Assembly: GCA_964016885.1 (NCBI GenBank)
Contig: OZ024740.1
Coordinates: forward strand, 160,580,001-160,644,000
Origin: Eledone cirrhosa
Lineage: Eukaryota
DNA length: 64,000 bases
Direction: 5' to 3'
The notes below the pieces were generated by a model. That model ran no database searches and was not told the DNA's origin. It saw only the letters and a program-made list of their open reading frames with translations. The translations under genes and the position numbers were made by a program. Numbering within the stretch: the first letter of the stretch is position 1; the number at the start of each line of letters is the position of its first letter. Below, piece by piece: positions 46,519 through 58,871 of the stretch.

Positions 46519-46847
46519 GTATATATATATATGTATAGACATGTTAAATCCCTATATATAGAACAACACACCACATACACATCAGTTTGACAAGCGCACC
46601 TCAGCGTGAAAGGTCTTTCTAAAAACGAAACAATACCTCCTACGTTAACCAAGAACTTCTAAGACCTAACCAACAACCAACAACTTAATTTATAAAATAA
46701 TATTTTTTAGGAAAAATTCTTTTTGGATTTTGTGAAGAAAATAAATTTGTTGAAAGCACAAGTGAAGCCATTTTTTCTTCCCCCCTGTCTTAATATACCT
46801 AACTGTACCAAGGATTACACACATTTTCCAATATATATATATATATA

Positions 46848-49800
46848 TATCATCATCATCATCATCATCATCGTTTAACGTCCGTGTTCCACGCTTGCAT
46901 GGGTTTGGACGGGGGTTTTCCCACTTGAGGCAAGAGTGATTGTCTTGCTCGCATAGGACTGTCTGGCAGGTTTTCTACAGTTGGATGCCCTTCCTAACAC
47001 CAACCACATTTACAGTGTGGGTCTGGGAGGTTTTTACCGTGTTGCCTACACGGCCACATTACAGCGTGGACTGTGTGTTTTCTGTCGTGACACCTACACG
47101 ATCTCATTTGTTTCGGCCTGGATGGTGTGGCACCAACATAACTTTACATAGAAGGGCGGCGGTGTGGATGGGGTGGGGGTGGTGGGACGGGGGTGTATTT
47201 TGTTAGAGATGCCTACTGACTGTAGTAGGTTTTACTTTGTATTTAGGTAAGGCGGGTCTTCTCTATTACTGAGTACCGCCAAAGGTCCCGGTCCAGTGAC
47301 ATTGTCTTGGTGAGGTGTAAGTGTGAGGTCGGAGTTTATCAGCTCGTCCCAGGTTTTTCTGGGTCTGCCTATTCCGCGGCTACCGTCTATCTTTATTGCC
47401 CTGCACTTTGTTATACAGCTGTCGTCCTTCATGCGCATCACGTGACCATACCAACGTAGCCTTCTCTCGAGTAAACAACATCTGATCCCTCTTATTTCTA
47501 ATTTTTTCCTTAGTTCGTTTATGCTTTGTCGTTCACGTATATTACTGTTACACATCCAGCGGAGCATGCAAGCTTCGTTTCTCTCTAGTCTGCGTATATC
47601 CTCTGCACACAATGCCCAGGTCTCACTGCCATGCAACATTGCTGTTCGTATGCAGGAATCGTACAACCTGCCTTTCATTTTTAGGGAGAACCCTTTAGCG
47701 GCTAATAGTGGTATAAGCTCTCTGAACTTTTTCCACCCAGTTCTGACTCTAGCTACTGTACTTTCAGAGCACCCTCCCCCACTGCTGATTTTGTCACCCA
47801 GGTAACGGAAGCTGTCCACTATCTCTATAAAACCCTCTGCGCAGTTGAAAGAGCTAGTATTGTGTGGGACTTGCTGCTACTTATTGCCCCAGAACACCGG
47901 CCACATGTAAAATCTATGTTCTTAGTTAGCTTACCTGTGATCCCACTACATCTTTTATGAACCCAAACTTTGCGTTTGGGACACAAAATGGAATTTCTAC
48001 CTACGCCTTTCCTACACTCTGCGCATGGCCACTTCCCGGAGGGGACCGCCGCCTTATTTTCTTTCGTACAAACTAGAACTTTAGTCTTAGCCAGGTTAAT
48101 TTTAAGGCCTTTTGATTCTAGCCCGTGCTTCCATGTCTGGAATTTCTTCTCCAGCTCGGCCATTGACTCAGCTATGAGCGTTAGATCATCTGCGTATAGG
48201 AGCTCCCATGGGCAGCCGGTCTTGAACTCCACTGTTATAGCCTGGAGGGCAATAATAAATAGTAGGGGGCTAAGAACAGAGCCCTGATGAACACCATCTT
48301 TTACACTAAACTCTTCACTATATTCGTTGTTAATTCTAACCTTGCTGACTGTTTCTTCATACATGGCTTGTATAGCTCTCACAAGCCATTCATCGACACC
48401 TAGTTTTCTAAGAGCCCACCAGATAATGGAACGGGGGAATCTGTCGAAGGCCTTCTCCAAGTCGACGAAAGCTAAGTATAGGGGTTTACTTTTAGCTAGG
48501 TACTTCTCCTGTAGTTGTCGTACAATGAAAAGAGCGTCTGTGGTACTTTTTCCTGACACAAACCCGAACTGCATTTCATCTAGATCAATTCGCTCTCTGA
48601 TTAGTTGCGCTATTACTTTTTCCGTGACCTTCATGACCTGGTCGATTAATTTAATGCCTCTATAGTTACTCCTATCTAGGGCATCTCCTTTACCCTTATA
48701 ACAATTAACGATAATGCTGCTACGCCAGTCCTTCGGAACAACCCCATTCTGTATGACTTGGTTGACTATCCAGGTGACCATGGTGTGTCCCACCGTACCA
48801 GATGCCTTCAGCATCTCGGCAACTATTTCCTAAGGCCCAGCCGCCTTGCCTGTCTTCATATCTTTGATTGCCTTACTTATTATACTACCCTCGACTAACA
48901 CTGCTGGTCCCTCTATTGGGTCGATGTGGGGGAGACTGTCTTTCTCCCATTTATTCTCCACATTGAGTAGCCTTTCATAGTGACACTTCCAAGCTACCTT
49001 CTTATCGGCGTCGCTGATGGCAAGTACGCCGTCATCGTTAAGTACACACTTCTCCCCGACAATATCACTGTTTTCCTTGACACATTGCCTAGCAATCCTG
49101 AACACCTCACGTTTTTGGTCCTCACGTTGTAGAACATGCTTGAACTTTCTTTCCTCTGCTTCCCTTCTTGCGAAGTACACTTGTCTCCTAGCTTCCCTCC
49201 TGGCCACTTGATAGTCTTCTCTGCTTCCCCCATCCCGCCATACTTTCCAAGCCTGCTTTTTGGCCTTAATTGACCCCTCCACCTTACTGTTCCACCACCA
49301 TGTTACTCTCCTCCTGCCTACAGGCCTGCTCCAGCCACAGACTTCGTCTGTCGCCGTCAGCAGGTTTGCTTTCAGGAATTCCCACTGTTCCTCTACCTTG
49401 TACGACTCTATTTGCTCTTCCTTACTGTCGAAAGCATCAAGTAATATGCTTTGGAATTTATTTTTGGCTGTGGGGTCCTTTTGCTTCCATATTTTTCTCC
49501 TGAGGGTAGTCCTCTTCTGTTGCCTAGTACGTCTCGTCCTGACTATTAGGTCGCTAATTATCAGTCTATGTTGGGAGGTGCATTCTTCATGGGGGAGGGA
49601 TTTAGTGTTTACAACAGTCACTTTGTCACATCTTCTGGTAAGGATATAATCTACCTGGCTGGTATGTTCCCCTGAACTGTAGGTGATCAAGTGATTGTCT
49701 CGTTTTTTGAAGTTAGTGTTGCAGATAGTTAGGTTATTTGCGTCACAGAATTCCAGGATTCTGGAGCCTTCCTCATTTCTAGTACCAAACCCATAGCCTC

Positions 49801-50750
49801 CATGGATTTCGTCGTAGCCGTCACAATGTTGTCCAACGTGACCGTTTAGGTCGCCTGCAATAATTATATAGTCACTGTCGGTTATTTGGGAGGTAGTGAG
49901 CATCAGTCTCTCATAGAATCTCTCTTTTATAGTGCTTGGCAGTCCGGATTGGGGTGCGTACGCGGATATTACTGTCACCGTGGTTCTATTGAGGACAAGT
50001 CTTATTTTAATTATTCTGTCGTTCACTCTATTTACGTCTATTATCTTATCTGCCCACTTTTCTGCCACCATGATTCCTACCCCACCCAGCCCATTGTCGT
50101 TTCCCACCCAGAAAAGCTTATAGCATCGTTTTCTACCCACAATGAATCTAGCAGATCCACCCCTCCACCTGGTCTCTTGAATGCAACAAACATCGACCTC
50201 ATTACGTTCAAGCATTTCTACAACCTCGTTAGAGCGACCCTTTAAGGTGCCTACATTCAAGGTACCAAATCTCAAGTTTTGGATTGCGTTTGGGGGGTGG
50301 GAAAGGTGGGGAGAGGGGGGAGATGGGGTTGTGTTAGCCATCCGCGGCCGAAACAAAGAGGCATGTTCGCATTCTCGTCCACGAGGTGCGTTTGTCTTTA
50401 ACTTTGGCATTGTCGCTGAGCGTCCAGATTTTTCTCTCTTCAACTCTCCGGATCTCCGTAGTCCTTCCATCCTACATACAGAAGGCGACCAGGTAAGCGA
50501 TAGTATAGGCCTCTGGCTTATGATTGGTCCACGTGATAATAATGGTGGTGCGTGGGGGCGGGAGGGAGGGGTGTTGAGTTGTTAGCAAGAAGAATAGGTT
50601 TAAGTTAGATCCTAGTATTTTAGGAACGTAAACAAAAATACAAGATTTGTTTAGTAAGATACGTCAAAAACTTCCGTATTTTACAATCAGGACAAAATAC
50701 AAGAGATTTGTTTTGGAAAATACAGGAGGAAATAGATTTGGAAGGACTAT
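46848..50750 (-). mobile_element. Near-full-length RTE-clade LINE (~3.9 kb)
   Basis: 5' UTR, single APE-RT reading frame, 3' UTR and (ATG)n tail abutting (TA)n. Confidence 0.95.
47232..50470 (-). pseudogene. RTE ORF: APE endonuclease, RT and PHD-type finger; in-frame TAG at ~48830, frameshifts at ~47865 and ~47320
   Basis: GTLNVGTL, IQETRW, AGDLNGHVG, QVDYIL, SQHRLII (APE); NYRGIKL, FVDLEKAFD, GVHQGSVLSP, YADD, FRYLG (RT). Confidence 0.95.
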
Positions 50751-51366
50751 GGAATAAGCGAACTAGCCTACAAATTTAGAAGGGCCCTAAATAAACATAA
50801 ACTCAATATTAAGATAGTAGAAAGACCAGGTACCTCCGTAAAAACACTTATTAGCAAGACATACCCGTTCCAAAGACCCTCATGTATAGATAAGAAATGT
50901 ATAACCTGTAAAATAAGCCCCCATATTAACTGTAAAACTAGAAATGTAGTGTATAGCATAAGATGTACTGAAGGACAATGTAGAAACAAAAATATTGTGT
51001 ACATAGGTGAGACAGCTCGTAGTATAGGGGAACGAATAAATGAACACTGGCGAGACCTTCAAGATAATAAAGAATCATCTGTACTCTACCAACATGCTAA
51101 GATAGAGCACAGGGGTAAATTAGAGAACATAGAAATAAAAATAGAATCCACACCCAGAAAAGATGCAATGTTTAGGCAAATTACAGAGGCAGTAAGCATA
51201 AAAGTATTACAACCAAAATTAAATAGAAAATATGAGTGGAACAGCAACATCACAACTTACAATTAAGGACAAAATGAAAACACACACATAGAACAAACAA
51301 CCAACCAACAATAAATAAATAAATAAATAAACAAATAGATAAATGAACACAAACACACACAGACAC

Positions 51367-51424
51367 CCGGATGTGGCGCATGCGCAAACTGAGCACACAA
51401 CACACACACAGAAATAAAATGGCG
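51367..51424 (+). promoter_or_regulatory. Putative pseudo-LTR promoter: ETS, NRF1 and YY1 motifs
   Basis: CCGGATGT (51367), GCGCATGCGC (51376) and AAAATGGCG (51416); ETS and YY1 retained in the copy at 54290-54350. Confidence 0.45.
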
Positions 51425-51470
51425 TAGGACAGAAGAAAGGAAAGGCACAGAAACAAAGAAAGGAATCCCC

Positions 51471-51515
51471 AGTCACTGAAGAGGTCACAGAGTGTGTGAC
51501 GAAAGGACTATGACT
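51471..51515 (+). ncRNA. Minimal type I hammerhead motif (family C); copies at 54206-54249 (-), 61020-61064 (-) and 61198-61242 (+)
   Basis: agtca-CTGAAGA-g-gtcaca-gagtg-tgtgac-GAAA-g-ga-CTA-tgact. Confidence 0.8.
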
Positions 51516-51677
51516 ATATATAAACAACTATCTGGTTGTGGAACCAACCAACCAACCAACCAGAAATTTATAAGTTTGTAGATTTGTAAATTTATAAATT
51601 TATAAATATATAATAAATTGAAGTGAAAGCAACTGGTGCGTGTGTTTCTTATTGGCCACATGACCCTCCCAAAGTAT

Positions 51678-51741
<64 letters not shown>

Positions 51742-51766
51742 TAATAGTAATATATATACATATATG

Positions 51767-51825
<59 letters not shown>

Positions 51826-51861
51826 TACTGTATATATATATAGATATATGTATATATATTA

Positions 51862-51911
<50 letters not shown>

Positions 51912-51954
51912 GGAAAAAATGAAACGAAATTTCATTTCCCACTCTCAGTAGGGC

Positions 51955-52460
51955 TGTTACTTAAAAGCAAGTATGTACACGCACATAAATATATGTATAC
52001 AGATGTACAGTAGTATTATATATATATACATACATGCACACATATATATATGCACGTATGGAATCACCGAACATTTATTATAATGCTCGGTGTGTTTGCA
52101 AACAAACATCCCGCACTGAGCCGCAGTGTCCCCGCAACCATCGTTGCTCGTTTGTTCAACACTTAGTGTTGAACATGTATATATATATACATACATGCAC
52201 ACATATATATATGTTTGTTCAACACTTAGTGTTGAATATGTATATATATATACATACATGCACACATATATATATGCACGTATGGATTCACCGAACATTT
52301 TTTATAATGCTCGGTGTGTTTGCAAACAAACATCTCGCACTAAGCCGTAGTGTTCAGCAACCATCGTGCATATATATATGTGTGCATGTATGTATATATA
52401 TATACATACTACTTTACGTCTGTATACATATATGTATGTGCGTGTACATACTTGTTTTTA
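51955..52460. repeat. Foldback with internal direct duplication and small palindromes
   Basis: aagcaagtatgtacacgcac... vs ...gtgcgtgtacatacttg; ~95-bp core repeated at ~52050 and ~52273; tgttcaacac-tta-gtgttgaaca hairpin. Confidence 0.7.
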
Positions 52461-52516
52461 TATATATATATATATTACTGTATATATATATATACATATA
52501 TGTATATATACATTAC

Positions 52517-52596
<80 letters not shown>

Positions 52597-52804
52597 CATA
52601 TATATTACTGTATATATATATAATAGAATATGTGTTCCTACACGCACAATGCGCTAAGGGACACATGTATTGTCCAACCAAATTCCAATGTAGTTCAATG
52701 GCAGGTTAATAAATTAACGAGCCAGAACATATATAAACAAGGTTTAGCAAATAGGGAAAAAGTTTCAAAATAAATTTTAAAAAATTAAATTACCTACTAT
52801 AGTT

Positions 52805-52888
52805 ACCTTTACCGAATCGGTTTCGAATCTCAAAAATAAACGGAGTCCATACGGCCTTCGTTGCAAAGAAAGATTCTCGTCAGAAGGT
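52805..52888 (-). ncRNA. Canonical type I hammerhead ribozyme
   Basis: acctt-CTGACGA-gaatct(...)agattc-GAAA-ccgattcgg-TA-aaggt. Confidence 0.88.
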
Positions 52889-53539
52889 TCTTTACATTCG
52901 AAGAATATAAAATTCTCGAACTTAAATTACAAACTGGCGCTATTCAAAATTGTTCCCGAGATGAGAGTAAATGAAGTGGAATCAATTTTTTCAAGGGCCG
53001 AGTGCAAAGATAGAAGCAGAGGCAGGCAGGTCAGTCTGTTACAGCTATAACTAGCAGCAGTCAGAACGACCAAATTTTTTCTCAACATAGAGGAGAATAG
53101 TAATAATAGAATATGTGTTCCTACACGCACAATGCGCTAAGGGACACATGTATTGTCCAACCAAAGGCCAATGTGGTTCAATGGCAGTTTAATAAATTAA
53201 AAAATTAATATATATGTTCTGGCTCGTTAATTTATTAACATGCCATTGAACCACATTGGCATTTGGTTGGACAATACATGTGTCCCTTAGCGCATTGTGC
53301 GTGTAGGAACACATATTCTATTATTACTATTCTCCTCTATGTTGAGAAAAAAATTTGGTCGTTCTGACTGCTGCTAGTTATAGCGGTAGCAGACTGACCT
53401 GCCTGCCTCTGCTTCTATCTTTGCACTCGGCCCTTGAAAAAATTGATTCCACTTCATTTACTCTCATCTCGGGGACAAATTTGAATAGCGCCAGTTTGTA
53501 ATTTAAGTTCGAGAATTTTATATTCTTCGAATGTAAAGA

Positions 53540-53623
53540 ACCTTCTGACGAGAATCTTTCTTTGCAACGAAGGCCGTATGGACTCCGTTTATTTTTGAGA
53601 TTCGAAACTGATTCGGTAAAGGT
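53540..53623 (+). ncRNA. Canonical type I hammerhead ribozyme (second copy)
   Basis: Same as 52805-52888; a C>T change in stem III keeps pairing as U-G. Confidence 0.85.
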
Positions 53624-53693
53624 AACTATAGTAGGTCATGTCAATTTTTTAAAATTTATTTTGAAACTTTTTCCTTATTTGCTAAACCTTGTT

Positions 53694-53733
<40 letters not shown>

Positions 53734-53914
53734 TGAATATATATTACTGTATATATATGTATATATATTACTATATATATATATGCATATATACATATAT
53801 GTATATATATTACTGTATATATATATATATACACATATATGTATATATAAATTACTGTATATATATATATATATGTATATATATTACTATATACATATAT
53901 GTATATATATATTA

Positions 53915-53951
<37 letters not shown>

Positions 53952-54052
53952 CGTATGTATATTACTGTATACATATATGTATATATATTACATATATATA
54001 TATATTACATGTATATATATATATATATTACTGTATATATATATATATATAT

Positions 54053-54951
54053 ATTGTTATACTTTGGGAGGGTCATGTTGCCAATAAGAAACACACGCAT
54101 CAATCGTTTCACTCCAATTTATTATAAATTTAAAAAACATTGTTTTTTTTAAATAAATTTCCGGTTGGTTGGTTGGTTCCACAACCGGACGGTTGTTCAT
54201 ATATTGTCAAATTTCTTTCGTCACACATTCTGTGACCTCTTCAGTGACTGGGGATTATTTTCTTTGTTTTCTGCCTCTCCTTTGTTCTGTCCTACGCCAT
54301 CTTGTTTTTGTGTGTGTTGTGTGCTTAGTTCGCGCATGTGTTACATCCGGGTGTCTGTGTGTGTTTTTATTTGTTTATTTATTTGTTTATTTACATGTCA
54401 CTGGCTGGTTGTTTGTTCTATGTGTGTGTGTTTTCATTTTGTCCTTAATTGTAAGTTGTGATGTTGCTATTCCATTCATGTTTTCTATTTAATTTTGGTT
54501 GGAGTTCATTTATGTTTATTGCCTCTGTGATTTCTGTGTGTAGATTTTATTTTTATTTTTATGTTCTCTAATTTGCCCTTATGTTCTATTTTAGCATGTT
54601 GGTGGAGTATTGATGATTCTTTTCTATCTTGAAGTTCTCGCCAGTGTACATTTAACCGTTCTCCTATACTACAAGCTGTGCCACCTATGTACACTCTATT
54701 CTTATCTTTACATTGTCCTTCAGTACATCTTATGCTATATACAATGTTTCTAATTTTACACTTAATATGGAGGCTTAGTTTACAGATTATGCATTTCTCA
54801 CCTATACAGGGGGGGGGGGGGGCTTTGAAAAGGAGTGAAAGCGACTGGTGCGTGTGTTTCTAATTGGCAACATGACCCTCCCAAAGTATAACAATATCGG
54901 TTTCAACACACGTTTTCAGATAAAGAATCTTGCTAAACAAATTCAGAAACA
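54053..54951 (-). mobile_element. Diverged family-C PLE fragment (GIY-YIG remnant and pseudo-LTR) with inverted terminus and tail at 54834-54951
   Basis: YIGGTACSIGERLNVHW peptide; homologous to 50880-51683. Confidence 0.85.
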
Positions 54952-55229
54952 ATATATATATATATATATATATTCATTTATTTAAAATAACAGATTAAAG
55001 TTTAAGCAAAGAATCGCTACTTTAATCATATTAACACTATTACTAATCAACATATCTGTATGAAATGCAGAAAGTTTGTTCATGAAATTAATTCACTAAA
55101 TTTCCATTGTGTTAGGAGCTTTTGTTCAGATGTGTTTTTAAATATCAGTCTATTATACACAATAGATTTCAAAAAATAAAAATCTTATTACTTCCATGCT
55201 TTAAATTTTGCCTTTCACTCTTCCATGCA

Positions 55230-56060
55230 TTCAGCTATAAGGACTAAGTCATCAGAATACAGGATTTCCCATGGACTGCCAGTTTTAAACTCCTCAGTGA
55301 TGGCATGAAAGACAATGATAAATAGAAGTGGATTAAGGGCTGAGCCCGGTTAGATCCTCACCTGCACATCAAACTCATTGCTCTACTTATTGCCAACACC
55401 CACCTTGCAGGTTACAACTTTATACATAGCTTATATGCCCCTCAGAAGCTATTTGCCTATACCTAGCTTCCTAAGTGCCCACCAGATTACAGTGTGAGAA
55501 GGCCTTCTCTGGATCTACAATTGCTAGGTACAGTGGCCTATTTTTATCTAAGTACCACTCCTACAGTTGTCTCACCAGAAAGAGGGCATCAGTAGCACAT
55601 TACTTGGCATAAATCCAAATTGCATCTCATCTCACTTGATTCTGTCCGTAATTGGTTCTGCTATAATCCTTTCAGCAACTTTCATGACCTGGTCCATCAA
55701 CTTGTTGCATCTGTAGTTACTTCTCTATAGACCTTGTAGCAGTTTACAATGATATTGCTGAGCCAGTCATTGGGTATGATACCATCCTGTACCAATTGAT
55801 TATTTGTGTCTGAGCAGCTAATAACTTACCAGGCTAGATGCTTTTTGCATCTCAGTAACTATGTCAGTGAGTTCATTGCTTTATCTATCACACTGCTGTC
55901 AACTTTTGAGGCTGACCTCTCAGTTGGGTCTACATAGGGTAGGCCCTCGCTGTTTCATTATTTTCTTTGTTCAGAAGTCTCTCATAGTAAATCTTCCATG
56001 CCTCCTTTTTGGCTTCAGACATGGCAAGTGCTCTACTATAATGTTGGACACACTGTCTCA
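55230..56060 (-). mobile_element. Degenerate RTE RT fragment
   Basis: EEFKTGSPWEILYSDDLVL and KLMDQVMKVAERI remnants. Confidence 0.75.
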
Positions 56061-56443
56061 TAATATTCAATAGCAGACAGATCATTGTGACAATTTGCTT
56101 TATTAGAGGAAATGCATTAATTTTTTATGTGATGCACTCATTATGCTGTTTTGTCTAGTACTTTTCAAGAATGTTTTAGTAATGTAGTTTCATATGGTAC
56201 AGGACATTACTTGCTAAAGCCTATGGTAAAGGAATGAAATATAACAGTAACAACTTGTCTCCTTTGCTCTGATATTCTGAAGCATTTCATTTTGTGTTTA
56301 TGCAAGAAATCACATTTAACAAATTTAATTAATTCTGACCGTATTACTGTATTTTCTTCAGGTTTAATTCCATCCTCATTCTATTTTATTTGAAATATTG
56401 TGTTGGTTTTCTTTTTTATGCACTTCTTTCTTTTTTGTTATGT

Positions 56444-56686
56444 TTGTCTATTTGCTTTCCTGATCATGAATAAAATATTCCAAACAATTAACACACACAC
56501 ACAAATATATATATACATATATATTTGTATGTGAATGTGTGTGCGTTTGTATGTGTACATAAGTATGTATATATATATATATATATACATCACCATATAT
56601 ATATATAGAGAGAGAAATACACACACACACCTACATATGTATATATATATGTGTGTGTATATATATATGTATATACATACACGTAC

Positions 56687-56733
<47 letters not shown>

Positions 56734-56940
56734 TATATATACATATGTAAGTGTGCGTGTGTATTTCTCTCTCTATATATGTATATGGAGATGTATATAT
56801 ATACATACTTATGTACACATACACAAACGCACACACATTCACATACAAATATATATGTATATATATATTTGTGTGTGTGTGTTTGTGTGTGTGTGAATTG
56901 TTTGGAATATTTTATTCATGATCAGGAAAGCAAATAGACA
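56444..56940. repeat. Foldback with ~250-bp microsatellite-rich arms
   Basis: tgtctatttgctttcctgatcatgaataaaatattccaaacaatt and its reverse complement at 56896-56940. Confidence 0.85.
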
Positions 56941-57024
56941 CAAAAAATAAACCTGACAAAGGGCGGAAGAACTCATAAGAGTCAACGGTCATCCGAAAGT
57001 GTGTAAATATGTATATAGACATGT

Positions 57025-57340
57025 ACCGCGTGGTTAAACCACTGGGAGTGAAGGACCTCCTAGCCTTTGTCAGGGCATTATTCTAGGAGAAGGCAACTCA
57101 GGAAACTGGTATAACTCCGATATAAAACCTGCGGCTCAGTAGTTACCGATGATGTTGATATTTTCTTCTTTTCGGGCTATAGCTACTGTCAGAGAGTGGG
57201 ATTGGCTCAGTGCAGTCTCTCCTCACTTTAAAAAATATCTTCACGCACAGGCATTGCATGATAGAATTAATTAATAATTATTAATAATGGTATATCGTGC
57301 AATGGGCATACTCGATAACGAGGGCACATCCATCATCATA
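57025..57340 (+). mobile_element. Possible short non-autonomous RTE-derived (bipartite) element
   Basis: ctaggagaaggcaactc...taaaacc resembles RTE 5' UTR motifs; ends in (CAT)n at a (TA)n tract. Confidence 0.35.
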
Positions 57341-57356
57341 TATATATGTATGTATG

Positions 57357-57451
<95 letters not shown>

Positions 57452-57681
57452 ATATAGATATATATATATGTAAATATATATATATGTATGTATATATATA
57501 TGTATATGTATATATATATATGTATATGTATATATATGTATATGTAAGTTTAGGAATAACCAAAGAGTGCTTAGAAATACATTGAGCTAAAACCACACTG
57601 TCATACCAAGGACAATATATCTGTGTGTCTGTGCACATTAATATACTTATCAACGAAAATATATGTACATGTATGAATGTA

Positions 57682-57749
<68 letters not shown>

Positions 57750-57751
57750 AG

Positions 57752-57822
<71 letters not shown>

Positions 57823-57824
57823 TT

Positions 57825-58825
57825 CCATCATCTACATTAATGATATTACTAACATCATCAAGTACAGCAACATAAGAATCTTAGCAGATGATTCCAAGCT
57901 CCAAAGGGCCATCAATGAGGTGCGTGACCAGACTTGCCTTCAGTCAGACCTACTGGCTGTTATCCAATGGGCAGAAAAGAATAATATGCTGTTGAATGAA
58001 GATAAGTTTGAATTAATTCACTTTGGAAAAACGGATGCCCTGAAACTACCATACTCTCTTCCTTTGGGTGAAACTCTAGTGGCATCCAACAACATCAGAG
58101 GCCTGGGAGTAATTGTGGGCAACAACATAAGCTGGGCCACTCATATAAACAGCAAAGTTGACATGGCCCACAGAATGTGTTCCTGGATTCTCAGAACCTT
58201 CCAGTTAGCCACACTGTTATCCTTCTCGTCTCCACATTTGCCTGACCCCACCTTGAATACTGTTGTCCACTGAGGCCTCCCCACATGAAACAAAGTATCA
58301 TGAAAGTTGAAGCACCCCAAAGATCGATTACAAAAAAGGTAGATGGCATGACAGGCCTTGACTATTGGAGTCGATTAGAAAAGCTCAACCTTTATTCTCT
58401 TCAGCGTGGCCGTGAGCGCTACATTATCTGCATGATGTGGAAAATACTCCATCAGCATTGCCTAAATGATGTTGGCATCTCCTTTAATGTACACCCAAGG
58501 CTTGGGCCCCATGCTCTCCGTCAACTACAAAAATCTTACTCGCATCTCATAACAACAGTCCGGCACAATTATTTCACCTCAATTGGCCCCGCTATTTTTA
58601 TATTACACCGAAACACATCAAAGCAGAAAGAGACCCCATCATGTTCAAAAGTCTTTGAATAAGCCTCGGATAAGCCTCCTACACCCGGATATGCCTCCGT
58701 AAACAATAATCCTCTGCTCGAGTGGGCCATGGTGCCCAAACACTGATCTGTAAGACCTCACCAGGTGGTGCTATTAAGTTAGACATGGCCTGGGCCAATA
58801 CTGGCCGAAACCTATCAAAGTTAAA

Positions 58826-58830
<5 letters not shown>
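57825..58830 (+). pseudogene. CR1-clade LINE 3' fragment
   Basis: IYINDI...ILADDSKL...LQSDLLAVIQWAEKNNMLLNEDKF...LNLYSLQRGRERY. Confidence 0.8.

Positions 58831-58867
<37 letters not shown>

Positions 58868-58871
<4 letters not shown>

Larger units (their letters stand above)
50752..51683 (+). mobile_element. 5'-truncated PLE (family C): Cys-rich linker, GIY-YIG endonuclease and 3' pseudo-LTR with HHR
   Basis: IKIVERPGTSVK...CIDKKCITC...NCKTRNVVYSIRC...YIGETARSIGERINEH...RQITEAVSI...LNRKYEW; frame open from ~50755 to 51266. Confidence 0.88.
52621..53694. mobile_element. ORF-less ~480-bp HHR-containing unit: permuted 1.2-mer on minus (52621-53200) and exact monomer on plus (53216-53694); retrozyme-like
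   Basis: Period 483 bp (taatagaatatgtg at 52621 and 53104); units joined head-to-tail by (TA)3; one HHR per unit. Confidence 0.75.

Noticed and set aside
50580-50750. HDV-like ribozyme at the RTE 5' end
   Set aside because: Could not find the nested double-pseudoknot pairing by eye
52621-53694. Helentron/HINE interpretation (aacaag end, tandem arrangement)
   Set aside because: No subterminal inverted repeat or 3' hairpin found; an intact hammerhead explains the unit better
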